64,000 nucleotides of DNA from an uncultured Gemmatimonadales bacterium. GTDB lineage: Bacteria > Gemmatimonadota > Gemmatimonadetes > Longimicrobiales > RSA9. The DNA is taken from assembly GCA_963798845.1 (NCBI GenBank), contig CAWCUS010000005.1:160001-224000 (forward strand), given 5' to 3'. The notes under the pieces are model-generated. The model did no database searches and had not been told where the DNA came from. It saw nothing but the letters and a program-made list of their open reading frames with translations. Positions 47,321-56,439 of the stretch are shown here, piece after piece (the first letter of the stretch is position 1; the number at the start of each line of letters is the position of its first letter). Made by a program: the position numbers and the translations under genes.

Positions 47321-48303
47321 GGGATCCGTCCCCAGCGGCTCCCCAGCAGGACCCACTCGGCCGCGAGGAGCGCTGCCGCGAGCAGGACGAGGGGGAGGTG
47401 CCTCGGGGTGTAGTCCGTGTAGCGGCGCACTTTGACCGTCGTCTTCTCCAGGTTGTCGATCCGCCCGTAAATGCTGTCCAGCGCCGCCTCGTTCGTCGCC
47501 CGGAAATACTGGCCGTTCGTGATGCGCGCGATCTCCCGGAGCAGATCCTCATCGATGTGGACCGGCAGGTTGGCGTACTGGTAGCCCCCGAACATGCCCC
47601 GCGCGATCGGGATCGGCGCCACGCCTTCGCTGCCCACGCCGATCGTGTAGACCTTGATCCCGTACGCCGCGGCCGCCCTGGCGGCGGTCACCGGATCGAT
47701 CTCCCCGCGGTTGTTCTCGCCGTCCGTCATGACGATCATGACGCGAGACTGTCCTGGCGAGCGCCGCAGCCGGTTGGCGGCCGTAGCGATGGCGGTGCCG
47801 ATGGCCGTGCCATCGTCGAGCATGCCGGCCTGGAGCTGGTCGAGGGCGCGATAGATGACGTCGTAGTCGATGGTGAGGGGGACCTGCGTCAACGCCTCGC
47901 CCGCGAAGGCGACGAGACCGATGCGGTCGTAATGGCGGCCGCGGATGAAGTCGGCCACCTGGGACTTGGCCACGGTGAGGCGGTTCTGCGGGTGGAAGTC
48001 CTCGGCAAGCATGGACGTGGAGATGTCGACCACGAGGGCGATGCTGATTCCCTGCGCTTCGATCTCGGTGGCGGACACGCCGGTGCGGGGCCCGGCCGAG
48101 GCGACCACCAGCGCCACCAGGGCGCCGGCGCGAAGCCACTCGGGGAGGCGGGCGATCCGCCGGATCATGCGGCTGCCGATGAGGCCGGCGGCGGCGGCCC
48201 TGGAGAAGAGGAGGGCGCGGCGTCGCCGGAGGCGATAGACCTGCCAGGCCGGGAGGACGGCCAGGAGCAGGAGGAGCCACGGGTGGGCGAAGCTGAAGGT
48301 CAC
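47317..48303 (-). CDS. batA: BatA-like VWA domain membrane protein
   Basis: FAHPWLLLLL, DISTSMLAEDF..NRL, GTAIG, TDGENNRG, KVYTIGVG. Confidence 0.85.
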   Translation of the reverse strand: MTFSFAHPWLLLLLAVLPAWQVYRLRRRRALLFSRAAAAGLIGSRMIRRIARLPEWLRAGALVALVVASAGPRTGVSATEIEAQGISIALVVDISTSMLAEDFHPQNRLTVAKSQVADFIRGRHYDRIGLVAFAGEALTQVPLTIDYDVIYRALDQLQAGMLDDGTAIGTAIATAANRLRRSPGQSRVMIVMTDGENNRGEIDPVTAARAAAAYGIKVYTIGVGSEGVAPIPIARGMFGGYQYANLPVHIDEDLLREIARITNGQYFRATNEAALDSIYGRIDNLEKTTVKVRRYTDYTPRHLPLVLLAAALLAAEWVLLGSRWGRIP

Positions 48304-49280
48304 GCTGCCACCTCCCCCGGCGGCGCCGGTGGCGCGGCGCGGAATGCGGCCACCCAGGCCCTGGCGGCGGACCACTCCGCTTCCGCGGTGGCCGGGTCCG
48401 GGCGGCGCCGGGCGAACTTCACCTGGTCGGCGGCGCGGAGAATGGTCTCGAGGGCGCGGCCATCCTCCCGGTCCGCGATGGCCCGGACGCGGGCCAGCAG
48501 CTCGGTGGTGGTCAGGTCCTCGCCCCACTCGGGCTCGAGGGCGGCGACGAAGTGCCGCACCGCCCCGGCCACCCGGATGTAGAACGCTTTGACCTCTCCG
48601 CGAGCGAGGAGCCCGTCGGCGCGCGCGGCATCGAGCGCGGCCAGCGCCCGCTCCCTGGCGGTGGGGGCGGCGATGGCGTCGGGAACGAGAGCACGGCGGC
48701 GCTTCCGGCGGATCCACCAGGCCAGGAGGAGTGCGGCCAGGAGCACGCCGAGGGCGACCAGGAGGATCGGCCACCAGGACCAGCTGCGCCCGAGAACCCC
48801 GCGCGCCGGCCGGGGCTCGATCCCAGCGGTGTCCGCCGGCAGCACGGAGATCACGTTCAGGGAAGGCAGCTGCGCCGTTCGCGTCTCCGGCGTCTCCTCA
48901 CCGCCCAGCACCTGGAACTCCACGGTCCCCAGGTCCCGCTTGCCCGGGCGCCACGGCGTGAGCGCGTACACGGCGGTGACCTGGATCGTGCCGTCGGCGA
49001 GCGTGTCGATGCGCTCGCGGACCCGCGCGGCGTTCTCCGCCTCGGCATCCGTCGGGAGCGACAGCGTGTCCGGCCACACGGCCCGCTCTCCCGGCGGCAG
49101 TACCACGCGCACGGCGACGTGGACCACGTCGCCCACCCGGGCCGAGTCCGGCACGACCGCCACGCTGGCTTCCTGGGCGATCGCGCCGGAAGCTGCCGCG
49201 AGCAGCCCGAGCAGAGCGAAGATGGACGCCACCGATGCGGACCCGGGCAGGATCCCGTGGACGGCCCCGCTCCGGCTCAT
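48300..49280 (-). CDS. Bat-operon membrane protein (DUF4381-like)
   Basis: Signal, Ig-like region, TM, EDLTTTELL and ADQVKFAR. Positioned between DUF58 and batA. Confidence 0.7.
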   Translation of the reverse strand: MSRSGAVHGILPGSASVASIFALLGLLAAASGAIAQEASVAVVPDSARVGDVVHVAVRVVLPPGERAVWPDTLSLPTDAEAENAARVRERIDTLADGTIQVTAVYALTPWRPGKRDLGTVEFQVLGGEETPETRTAQLPSLNVISVLPADTAGIEPRPARGVLGRSWSWWPILLVALGVLLAALLLAWWIRRKRRRALVPDAIAAPTARERALAALDAARADGLLARGEVKAFYIRVAGAVRHFVAALEPEWGEDLTTTELLARVRAIADREDGRALETILRAADQVKFARRRPDPATAEAEWSAARAWVAAFRAAPPAPPGEVAA

Positions 49281-50299
49281 CGCGCCAGCTTCCTCTCCCG
49301 CGCTCGGAAGAACGCCATGAGCGGACCGACGTAGGAGCGGTCCGTGCGCACTTCGATGGCGTCCACGGCGAGGCGGTGAAACGTGGTGCGCAGCGCCTGC
49401 TCCTCGGCGCTCGAGAGCGCGGAGTAGCGGCGACGCAGCGACTCCCGGCCGGTGTCGACCGCCACCTCCTCGCCGGTCTCGGGGTCGGCGAGGACCAGCA
49501 CGCCGGCATCGGGAATGGATTCCTCCGCCGCGTCCATGACCCTCACTGCAATGACGTCGTGGCGGTTGGCGACGAGCCGGAGGGTGCGCCGGAACGCGTC
49601 GAAAGCCGCGTCGTCGCCCACCTGGAAGTCGCTCAGGACGAACAGGACCGAGCGGTGGGGCAGCATGCGCCCGGCGTAGTCGAGCGCAACGGCCAGGTCG
49701 GTCCGGCGGCCGCGCGGCCGGAAGGCGAGGAGGTCCCGGATCAGGCGAAGGACGTGGCGTCGCCCCTTCTTCGGCGGGACCACGTGCTCCACCTGGTCCG
49801 TGAACAGGATCATCCCGACGCGGTCGTTGTTCCGGATGGCCGAGAGTGCGAGCACCGCCGCCATCTCCGCCGCCAGCTCCGCTTTCAGACGCCCGCGCGT
49901 GCCGAAGCGCTCAGAGCCGGAGAAGTCCACCAGGAGCATCACCGTCAGCTCCCGCTCCTCCACGTGCTTCTTGATGTACGGGTGGCCCATGCGCGCCGTC
50001 ACGTTCCAGTCTATGTTGCGCACGTCGTCGCCCGTCTGGTACTCGCGCACCTCCGAGAACTCCATCCCCTGCCCCTTGAACGCCGAGTGGTACTCGCCGC
50101 TGAACAGCGAGTTGACCCACCCGCGCGTCCGGAGCTCGATCAGCCGCACCTGCCGCAGCACTTCGCGGGGAACCCCCCCCGGCGCCACCGGCTCGGCCGC
50201 GTCCGGCAGCACTGCCGGCTCCCGCGTCGTGCCGAACAGACGCCCGGCGGCCCCCCGGACCCGGCCGCCCGCCGCCCGCCACCCGCCTCCTCGGCTCAA
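49277..50299 (-). CDS. DUF58 domain protein (MoxR-associated)
   Basis: GEYHSAFKGQGMEFSEVREYQTGDDVRNIDWNVTAR, EERELT. Confidence 0.92.
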   Translation of the reverse strand: MSRGGGWRAAGGRVRGAAGRLFGTTREPAVLPDAAEPVAPGGVPREVLRQVRLIELRTRGWVNSLFSGEYHSAFKGQGMEFSEVREYQTGDDVRNIDWNVTARMGHPYIKKHVEERELTVMLLVDFSGSERFGTRGRLKAELAAEMAAVLALSAIRNNDRVGMILFTDQVEHVVPPKKGRRHVLRLIRDLLAFRPRGRRTDLAVALDYAGRMLPHRSVLFVLSDFQVGDDAAFDAFRRTLRLVANRHDVIAVRVMDAAEESIPDAGVLVLADPETGEEVAVDTGRESLRRRYSALSSAEEQALRTTFHRLAVDAIEVRTDRSYVGPLMAFFRARERKLAR

Positions 50300-51273
50300 G
50301 GCACCTCCACCGCCTCGAAGACGCGCGCCACCAGGTCATCGGCCGTGACCTCCTCCGCCTCCGCCTCGTACGTCGTGATGATCCGGTGGCGCAGCACGTC
50401 GGGGCCGATCGACTTCACGTCCTCCGGGAGCACGTACCCCCGGCCGTCCAGGAACGCCTGCGCCCGGGCGCACACGGCCAGGAAGATCGATGCGCGCGGC
50501 GACGCGCCGTACTCGATCAGCGGGTCGATGTCCGCCAGCCCGTGCTCCGCCGGCTCCCGCGTGGCGTGAACCAGCTCGACGATGTAGTCCGTGATCTTCT
50601 CGTCCATGTACAGCCCGGCGATCTCCGCACGGGCGGCGAGGATCTCGGCGGCCGACGCCACTTTCTCGATCGGCTCCGGCTCGCGCCCCGCCATGCGCCG
50701 CATGATCTCCTTCTCCGTCTCCCGGTCCGGATAGGTGATGCGGAGCTTTAACATAAAGCGGTCAACTTGCGCTTCCGGAAGGGGATAGGTCCCCTCCTGC
50801 TCGATGGGATTCTGCGTCGCAAGGACGAGGAACGGCTCTTCCAGCTGGAAGGTCTCACCACCGATCGTCACCTGCTTTTCCTGCATCGCCTCGAGCAGCG
50901 CGGACTGGACCTTGGGCGGTGCCCGGTTGATCTCGTCGGCGAGGACCACGTGGGCGAAGATCGGGCCGCGCTTGGCCGTGAACTCACCGGTTCGCTGATT
51001 GTAGATCATGGTCCCGACGATGTCCGCGGGGAGCAGGTCGGGCGTGAACTGGATGCGCTGGAAGCTGACGTCGAGGCTGTCGGCGAGGGAGGAGACGGTG
51101 AGCGTCTTGGCGAGGCCGGGCACGCCCTCGAGGAGCACATGTCCCCCGGTCAGGATGCCCACGAGGAGCCGGTCGATCATGGCGTCCTGCCCCACGACCC
51201 GCTTGTGGAGCTCCCGCTTGATCCGCGGCGCGAGTTCCCGGTTGGCCGGCGGGCTCGCCGTGGTGCGCTCCAA
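50296..51273 (-). CDS. moxR: MoxR family AAA+ ATPase
   Basis: GHVLLEGVPGLAKT, RIQFTPDLLPAD, DEINRAPPKVQSALLEAMQE, ATQNPIEQEGTYPLPEAQVDRF. Confidence 0.95.
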   Translation of the reverse strand: MERTTASPPANRELAPRIKRELHKRVVGQDAMIDRLLVGILTGGHVLLEGVPGLAKTLTVSSLADSLDVSFQRIQFTPDLLPADIVGTMIYNQRTGEFTAKRGPIFAHVVLADEINRAPPKVQSALLEAMQEKQVTIGGETFQLEEPFLVLATQNPIEQEGTYPLPEAQVDRFMLKLRITYPDRETEKEIMRRMAGREPEPIEKVASAAEILAARAEIAGLYMDEKITDYIVELVHATREPAEHGLADIDPLIEYGASPRASIFLAVCARAQAFLDGRGYVLPEDVKSIGPDVLRHRIITTYEAEAEEVTADDLVARVFEAVEVP

Positions 51274-51369
51274 TTCGACCTCCAGTCCTGGGGAATGAGT
51301 GCGCCGCCCTTCGCGTACGACGGGCGGCGCCTGAAAGATCCGGGCCGTGTGGCGCGTGGGCCGGGGCCT

Positions 51370-53022
51370 CTAGCGCTTGATCCGCTCGCCCGCGTCCTCG
51401 TGGCGGAAGATCCAGGCGGCCAGGCGGCCGGGGCGCACCTCGCGCCCGCGGTCGTGAGGCTCGCGGTCGACGCGGGAGCCGTCGCTGGCGCTCAGCCCGG
51501 TGTTCATCTCGTCGCGGATGGCCCGGAGCCGGTCCCGCCACACGGCCCAGTTCTTCGGCCGCAGGTCGACCCAGCCGTTCTCGACGAGCCTGGGGTCGGC
51601 GGGCGACTGGCCGGGCTCGGGCGCCACCTTCACCACCTCTCCGCGCAGCACCCGCTCGCCGTCCGGTAGCAGGATGGGGAGCCCGATGGTGACGATCCGA
51701 GCCCTCAGCTCGTGGTCCTCGTCCAGCAGCGCGGCGGTGCGCCGGGCGGTGTCCTCGGGGTCCAGCTCCGCGGCTTCGTCCACGCGGTCGAAGAGCCGGC
51801 GCAGGAGCGCGACCTCGAACAGGATCTTGGAGAGGCGGGGCGGCCCCAGCATCTCGTAGGCGACGGATTCCACCCCGTGCTCGCGCTCCAGCGCCTCCAT
51901 CCGGGCCAGCGCCACCTCACGGAGCACGCCCGCCCGGTACGTCGGTCCGGAAGTCGAGGCGTCGAGGGCCGCGATCACGTCGTGGCCGCTCGGATAGCCC
52001 CGGATCTCCCGAACCACGTCCGCGGCGATCTCCTCGGGGGTGATGTACTCCATCAGACCGAGCGCCGTCAGCGTCTCGAACTCGCCCAGGCTGAACAGCC
52101 CGTTCTCGCCCGCGTCAAGGTAGACGCCCTCGAGCGGCTCGGTCGTTGCCCGGAACCCTCGCCCGGCATCCTCTCCGAACGCCGTGTCAAGCGGGAGCGG
52201 CGCGATGGCATCACAGCGCGTGATCCCGCGGCCGTTCTTCCGCACCTCGCCATAACGGATCCGCTTCCAGCTGATGGCCGCGGTCGGCTTGATCTCCTTC
52301 ACCGCCGGGGCACCGGGCGTGCGAGCCATCAGGTAGAGCAGCAGCGTGTGGGCGCCCGCGATGCTCGACTTGGCCAGGAGCATGCGGCTGGGACGCTCCT
52401 CGGAGTGGGTGAACGGGATGTTCAGCCCCATCCCGCCCGTCCCCGCGGTACCGATCTTCAGGTAGAACCTGGTGCCGGCGCGGCTCATGGCCTCCAGTGC
52501 GATCTGCACGTGGCGGATGAGCTGCGGGAGGTACAGTGTCGCGAGGTGCCGCTCCACGACCTCGCGCGTGCATTCCCCGGTCTCCGCTTCCGCGCGCAGC
52601 GCGGTCGCGCTCGCGAACACGTTCTGGTAAGCGAACGCAGTGGCGGTGTTGACGCAGTCCACCACGATCTCCGGCCGGTGACGGTCGAGCAGCGTCGCGA
52701 AGTGCGAGCGCGTGACCACCTCGTCGGTGAGGTCGCCGTAGAGGTCATCGAGCAGCTGGGCGCGCGCTTCGGTGTCGGCGAGCACGTCGTTGCGGCGCCG
52801 GTCCTTCAGTGTGGTGGGCAGGAACATGTCCCCCCATTCCGCGACCACGTCGACGCCGGCGGCTTCCGCGCGCAGCTCGTCCGCGGCCGGCTCCACCTCG
52901 ACCCGGGTCAGCGCGGTGAGCACGATCCTGCCGGGGGCGTGCGGAGCGAGCGCGCGCGCGACGGCGAGGCCCACGAGACCGGAGCCACCCAGCAGCAGCA
53001 CTGTCTTGCCCTGTATGTCCAT
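51370..53022 (-). CDS. Uncharacterised NAD(P)-binding Rossmann/SDR-like protein (550 aa)
   Basis: N-terminal VLLLGGSGLVG, DCVNTATA, GTAGTGGMGLNIPFTHSEERPS. Long C-terminal extension. Confidence 0.75.
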   Translation of the reverse strand: MDIQGKTVLLLGGSGLVGLAVARALAPHAPGRIVLTALTRVEVEPAADELRAEAAGVDVVAEWGDMFLPTTLKDRRRNDVLADTEARAQLLDDLYGDLTDEVVTRSHFATLLDRHRPEIVVDCVNTATAFAYQNVFASATALRAEAETGECTREVVERHLATLYLPQLIRHVQIALEAMSRAGTRFYLKIGTAGTGGMGLNIPFTHSEERPSRMLLAKSSIAGAHTLLLYLMARTPGAPAVKEIKPTAAISWKRIRYGEVRKNGRGITRCDAIAPLPLDTAFGEDAGRGFRATTEPLEGVYLDAGENGLFSLGEFETLTALGLMEYITPEEIAADVVREIRGYPSGHDVIAALDASTSGPTYRAGVLREVALARMEALEREHGVESVAYEMLGPPRLSKILFEVALLRRLFDRVDEAAELDPEDTARRTAALLDEDHELRARIVTIGLPILLPDGERVLRGEVVKVAPEPGQSPADPRLVENGWVDLRPKNWAVWRDRLRAIRDEMNTGLSASDGSRVDREPHDRGREVRPGRLAAWIFRHEDAGERIKR

Positions 53023-53047
53023 GGAATCAGAACCCGGTGTTCAGATT

Positions 53048-53779
53048 TCAGCCGCCAATTGAACGGAGCGCTTCGACCTCCTCGCGGCCCAGCTCGCGCC
53101 AATCGCCCGGACGCGTGGTTCCGAGGGAGATCGGACCCAGTCGCTCGCGGACCAGCCGCCGGACCGGATGCCCCAGCGCGTCGAAGATACGGCGAACTTC
53201 CCGCTTTCGCCCCTCCCGCATGACCACCCGCAGCCGCGCGTGTGCTTCGGCGCCCGCGCCCGGGCTCGCCTCCTTCCGCTCCAGCACCTCCAGGCGGTGC
53301 GCCCGCGCGACGCCGTCCTCGAGCTCGATCCCCTGGAGCGCGCGGTCCATCTCGGGGCGATCCAGGTCCCCGACCACGTCGACGACGTAGACCCGGTCCA
53401 CCTCGAAGCTGGGGTGCATGAGCCGGTTCGCCACGTCCCCCTCGTTCGTGAGGAGCAGCAACCCCTCACTCTCGAGGTCGAGCCGCCCCACGTGGAAGAG
53501 GGTGCCGAAGCGTTCCGGCACGAGGTCGTAAACGGTCGGGCGCCCCTGTGGGTCGTCGCGTGTGGTCACGTAGCCGGGCGGCTTGTGCACCAGCACCCAG
53601 ATCGGCGACTCCGGCTCCACCACTCGCCCGTCCACCTCGACCCGGTCCGTGTCCTCGACCTGCGACCCCATCTCCGTCACGAGCTCGCCGTTCACCCGGA
53701 CGCGTCCCGCACGAATCATGGCTTCCGCCGCCCGCCGCGACGCCACGCCCGCCCGGGAAAGGAACTTCTGCAGCCTCAC
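53048..53779 (-). CDS. rluB: rRNA pseudouridine synthase (RsuA/RluB family)
   Basis: S4 domain MRLQKFLSRAGVASRR, HKPPGY, VGRLDLESEGLLLLTN, EGRKREVRR. Follows scpB. Confidence 0.88.
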   Translation of the reverse strand: MRLQKFLSRAGVASRRAAEAMIRAGRVRVNGELVTEMGSQVEDTDRVEVDGRVVEPESPIWVLVHKPPGYVTTRDDPQGRPTVYDLVPERFGTLFHVGRLDLESEGLLLLTNEGDVANRLMHPSFEVDRVYVVDVVGDLDRPEMDRALQGIELEDGVARAHRLEVLERKEASPGAGAEAHARLRVVMREGRKREVRRIFDALGHPVRRLVRERLGPISLGTTRPGDWRELGREEVEALRSIGG

Positions 53780-54423
53780 GCGCCAGCCGCCCTCTCGTCC
53801 CCGGCCGACTCGGCCAACGCCTCTCCGGCGCCCGCCTCTGCATCCGCTGCCTCCTCGACCGCCTCCTCGACCGTCGGCGCCGCATCCTCGCGCTGTCCGC
53901 GCTCGGCCAGGACCACGGGGAGCTCGTCGGGCTTCGGGAGGTCCTCGAGCGAGGAGAAGCCGAAGTGCTCGAGGAAGCGCGACGTCGTGCCGTAGAGAAG
54001 CGGCCGACCCAACCCTTCGCCCCGGCCGACCACCTCGATCAGACCCACGTCCTGGAGGGTCCTGAGCACGCCGGCGGAGCTGACGCCCCGGATCTCCTCC
54101 ACCTCGGCGCGCGCCAGCGGTTGGCGGTAGACGATGATGGCGAGCGCTTCGAGCGCGGCCCCGCTCAGTCGCGCGTTGCGGGGGACGGTCTCGAAGCGCT
54201 CGAGGTGGGGCGCGTACTCCGGACGCGTGAGGACCTGATAGCCGCCGGCCAGCTCGTAGATCTGGAACGCGCGATCCTGTTCGTCGTATTCGCGACGGAG
54301 CTGGTCCACCGCCGCGCGCACCGCGTCGGCATCGAGGTCTTCCTCGCCGCGCGCGAGGTCGTCCGGGCTCAGCGGGGCGTCGCTGGCGAACAGCAGCGCT
54401 TCAATGATCTGCGTCGACTTCAT
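53776..54423 (-). CDS. scpB: SMC-Scp complex subunit ScpB
   Basis: IIEALLFAS, LSGAALEALAIIVYRQP, EIRGV, GRPLLYGTT..FLEHFG. Confidence 0.95.
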   Translation of the reverse strand: MKSTQIIEALLFASDAPLSPDDLARGEEDLDADAVRAAVDQLRREYDEQDRAFQIYELAGGYQVLTRPEYAPHLERFETVPRNARLSGAALEALAIIVYRQPLARAEVEEIRGVSSAGVLRTLQDVGLIEVVGRGEGLGRPLLYGTTSRFLEHFGFSSLEDLPKPDELPVVLAERGQREDAAPTVEEAVEEAADAEAGAGEALAESAGDERAAGA

Positions 54424-55201
54424 TCGCCTGGTCTTCCTGCCACCCGGCTTCGCCGGTGCGGCGGTACAGCCAGAGCGGCGCGAACGGCCGCCCCTGACGG
54501 AGCGCCACCAGGCGCCGTCTCGCCAGCTCGAGCGCAGCCATGAGCGTGGTGACGGCGTGCAGCCGGCCCGGATGCGCCTCGAGGAGCTGCTGGAACTCCA
54601 CCCGGGTCATTCGACCGAGCGCCTCCACGATCAGGTCGAGCTTGTCCTCCAGGGTGACCGTCCGGCTGGCCACGCGGAGAGCTTCGGGCGGCCGCGTGCG
54701 CTCCAGCAGCTCGTACAGGGCGTCCCACACCTCGCCCCAGTCCACATCCAGCTCCTGCTCCGGGCGGTCGGCAGCCGCCCGCGGCGGAACGTATCCCCGG
54801 CCGTAGTGGCGCGCGCGGTCTGCCTGCGCGTCCTCCAGCCGGTCGGCCGCGTCCCGGAAATGCTCGTATTCCAGGAGCCGCCGCACCAGCTCCGCCCTCG
54901 GATCCTCGAGCTCCCCCGACTCGTCCACGCGCCGCGGCAGGAGCATCAGCGACTTGATCCTGATCAGGGTCGCCGCCATTTCCAGGAACTCCCCGGCGCG
55001 GTCCAGGGTCAGGGTCTCCACCCCTTCGATCGCCCGGAGGAACTGCGCGGTGATCCGGGCGATGGGGATGTCGAAGATGTCGATGTCCTGCTCGTGGATC
55101 AGGTGGAGCAGAAGGTCGAGCGGCCCTTCGAACCGCTCCAGCTCCACCACGAACGCGCCCTCGCCGGCGCGCTCCTCCCCCCGCTCGCTCAGGTCAGCCA
55201 T
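54401..55201 (-). CDS. scpA: Segregation and condensation protein ScpA
   Basis: FEGPLDLLLHLI, DIPIARIT, MAATLIRIKSLMLLP, DPRAELVRRLLEY. Confidence 0.95.
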   Translation of the reverse strand: MADLSERGEERAGEGAFVVELERFEGPLDLLLHLIHEQDIDIFDIPIARITAQFLRAIEGVETLTLDRAGEFLEMAATLIRIKSLMLLPRRVDESGELEDPRAELVRRLLEYEHFRDAADRLEDAQADRARHYGRGYVPPRAAADRPEQELDVDWGEVWDALYELLERTRPPEALRVASRTVTLEDKLDLIVEALGRMTRVEFQQLLEAHPGRLHAVTTLMAALELARRRLVALRQGRPFAPLWLYRRTGEAGWQEDQANEVDADH

Positions 55202-55854
55202 TGCACCAGCGAGAATGCCGCGTCGCTCAGCGCGTACGCGGGCCACAGGAGCACCGAAAAGACCCCCGGCACCAGGAATACGGCCAGCATCAGGATGCCC
55301 AGCCCGTAGCGACCGAGCTGGTGATACCCGGCGCGGAGCGAGGCCGGAAGCAGGTGGAAGAGCACGTGCGACCCGTCCAGCGGGGGAAGCGGGATCAGGT
55401 TGAAGAACGCGAGAATCAGGTTGAGCAGGACGCCCAGCGTTCCCATGTGCAGCGCGACGGTGGCCATGCCCGAGAGAGCCGCGACGCGACGCCCCACCAG
55501 CAGCGCCAGCACCATCAGCCCCATGAACGCAGCCGCGAGCAGGAGGTTCGCCGTGATCCCCGCGAGCGACACGAGGATGTCCCCCTTGCGGTACTCGCGG
55601 TAGTTCCGCGGATTCACCGGCACGGGTCGGGCCCAGCCGAAGAGCATCCCTCCGGGCATGAGCAGGAGCGCGAGCGGGATCAAGAGGCTGCCGATGGGAT
55701 CGATGTGCGGCACGGGGTTGAGCGTCAGCCGCCCAGCCCGCAGCGCCGTCTCGTCTCCCTGCTTCAAGGCCACCCAGCCGTGCGCCACCTCGTGGAGCAC
55801 GATGGAGATGAGCAGCACGGGAAGGAAGATCAGGACCCGTTCGATCCGTTCCAT
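55189..55854 (-). CDS. Site-2 protease family (M50) membrane metalloprotease
   Basis: HEVAHG, GRLTLNP..HIDP, GWARPVPVNP, FNLIPLPPLDG. Confidence 0.93.
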   Translation of the reverse strand: MERIERVLIFLPVLLISIVLHEVAHGWVALKQGDETALRAGRLTLNPVPHIDPIGSLLIPLALLLMPGGMLFGWARPVPVNPRNYREYRKGDILVSLAGITANLLLAAAFMGLMVLALLVGRRVAALSGMATVALHMGTLGVLLNLILAFFNLIPLPPLDGSHVLFHLLPASLRAGYHQLGRYGLGILMLAVFLVPGVFSVLLWPAYALSDAAFSLVQWLT

Positions 55855-55920
55855 GGCCTCGGAAGCTACGCGCGCGCGGGCTCACACGCCACAGCACGGC
55901 GCGGCCGGGGAGCCGGGGCG

Positions 55921-55949
55921 TTGACATCGCCACCGTGGTTCCCTAACCT
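55921..55949 (+). promoter_or_regulatory. sigma-70-type promoter of rpsT
   Basis: TTGACA-N17-TAACCT. Confidence 0.8.
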
Positions 55950-55993
55950 TACAGGCTTCCGGAACGCGGAACGAACACGCGGGGAGAGGGACG

Positions 55994-56257
55994 TTGGCGA
56001 ACAGCAAGAGCGCATCGAAGCGAATCCGTCAGAGCGAGCGGCGGCTGGAGCGGAACCGGCAGCAGCGGTCGAAGCTCAAGACGGCCATCAAGAAGGTCAT
56101 GTCGGCGGACGACGGCGAAACGGCGACGCAGGCCTTCAAGCGCGCCTCTGCGCTGCTCGATCGCTTCGCCACGCGCAACCTGGTGCACCGCAACAAGGCG
56201 GCGCGAAAGAAGTCGCAGCTGGCCAGGATCGTCGCGGCCAAGGGTGGGCAGGCCTGA
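55994..56257 (+). CDS. rpsT: 30S ribosomal protein S20
   Basis: MANSKSASKRIRQ...HRNKAARKKSQL. TTG start. Confidence 0.97.
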   Translation: MANSKSASKRIRQSERRLERNRQQRSKLKTAIKKVMSADDGETATQAFKRASALLDRFATRNLVHRNKAARKKSQLARIVAAKGGQA

Positions 56258-56285
56258 TCCGCTAGCCACTCCCCTTCGGCAACCC

Positions 56286-56324
56286 GGGGCCGCCGCCGTC
56301 GCATGACGGCGGCGGCCCCTTTCT
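56286..56324 (+). terminator. Intrinsic terminator of rpsT
   Basis: GGGGCCGCCGCCGTC-GCAT-GACGGCGGCGGCCCC-TTTCT. Confidence 0.8.
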
Positions 56325-56439
56325 GTATCCTGCCTCCGCGGCGGACCCGGCGAGCAGCAGGCTGCCGGCTCAGCCGCAGCGGACGCCGCTCGCATGGCGC
56401 CCTCCGTCCTGCGCGTGAAGGAGGTCTCCGCGCCTCGCG

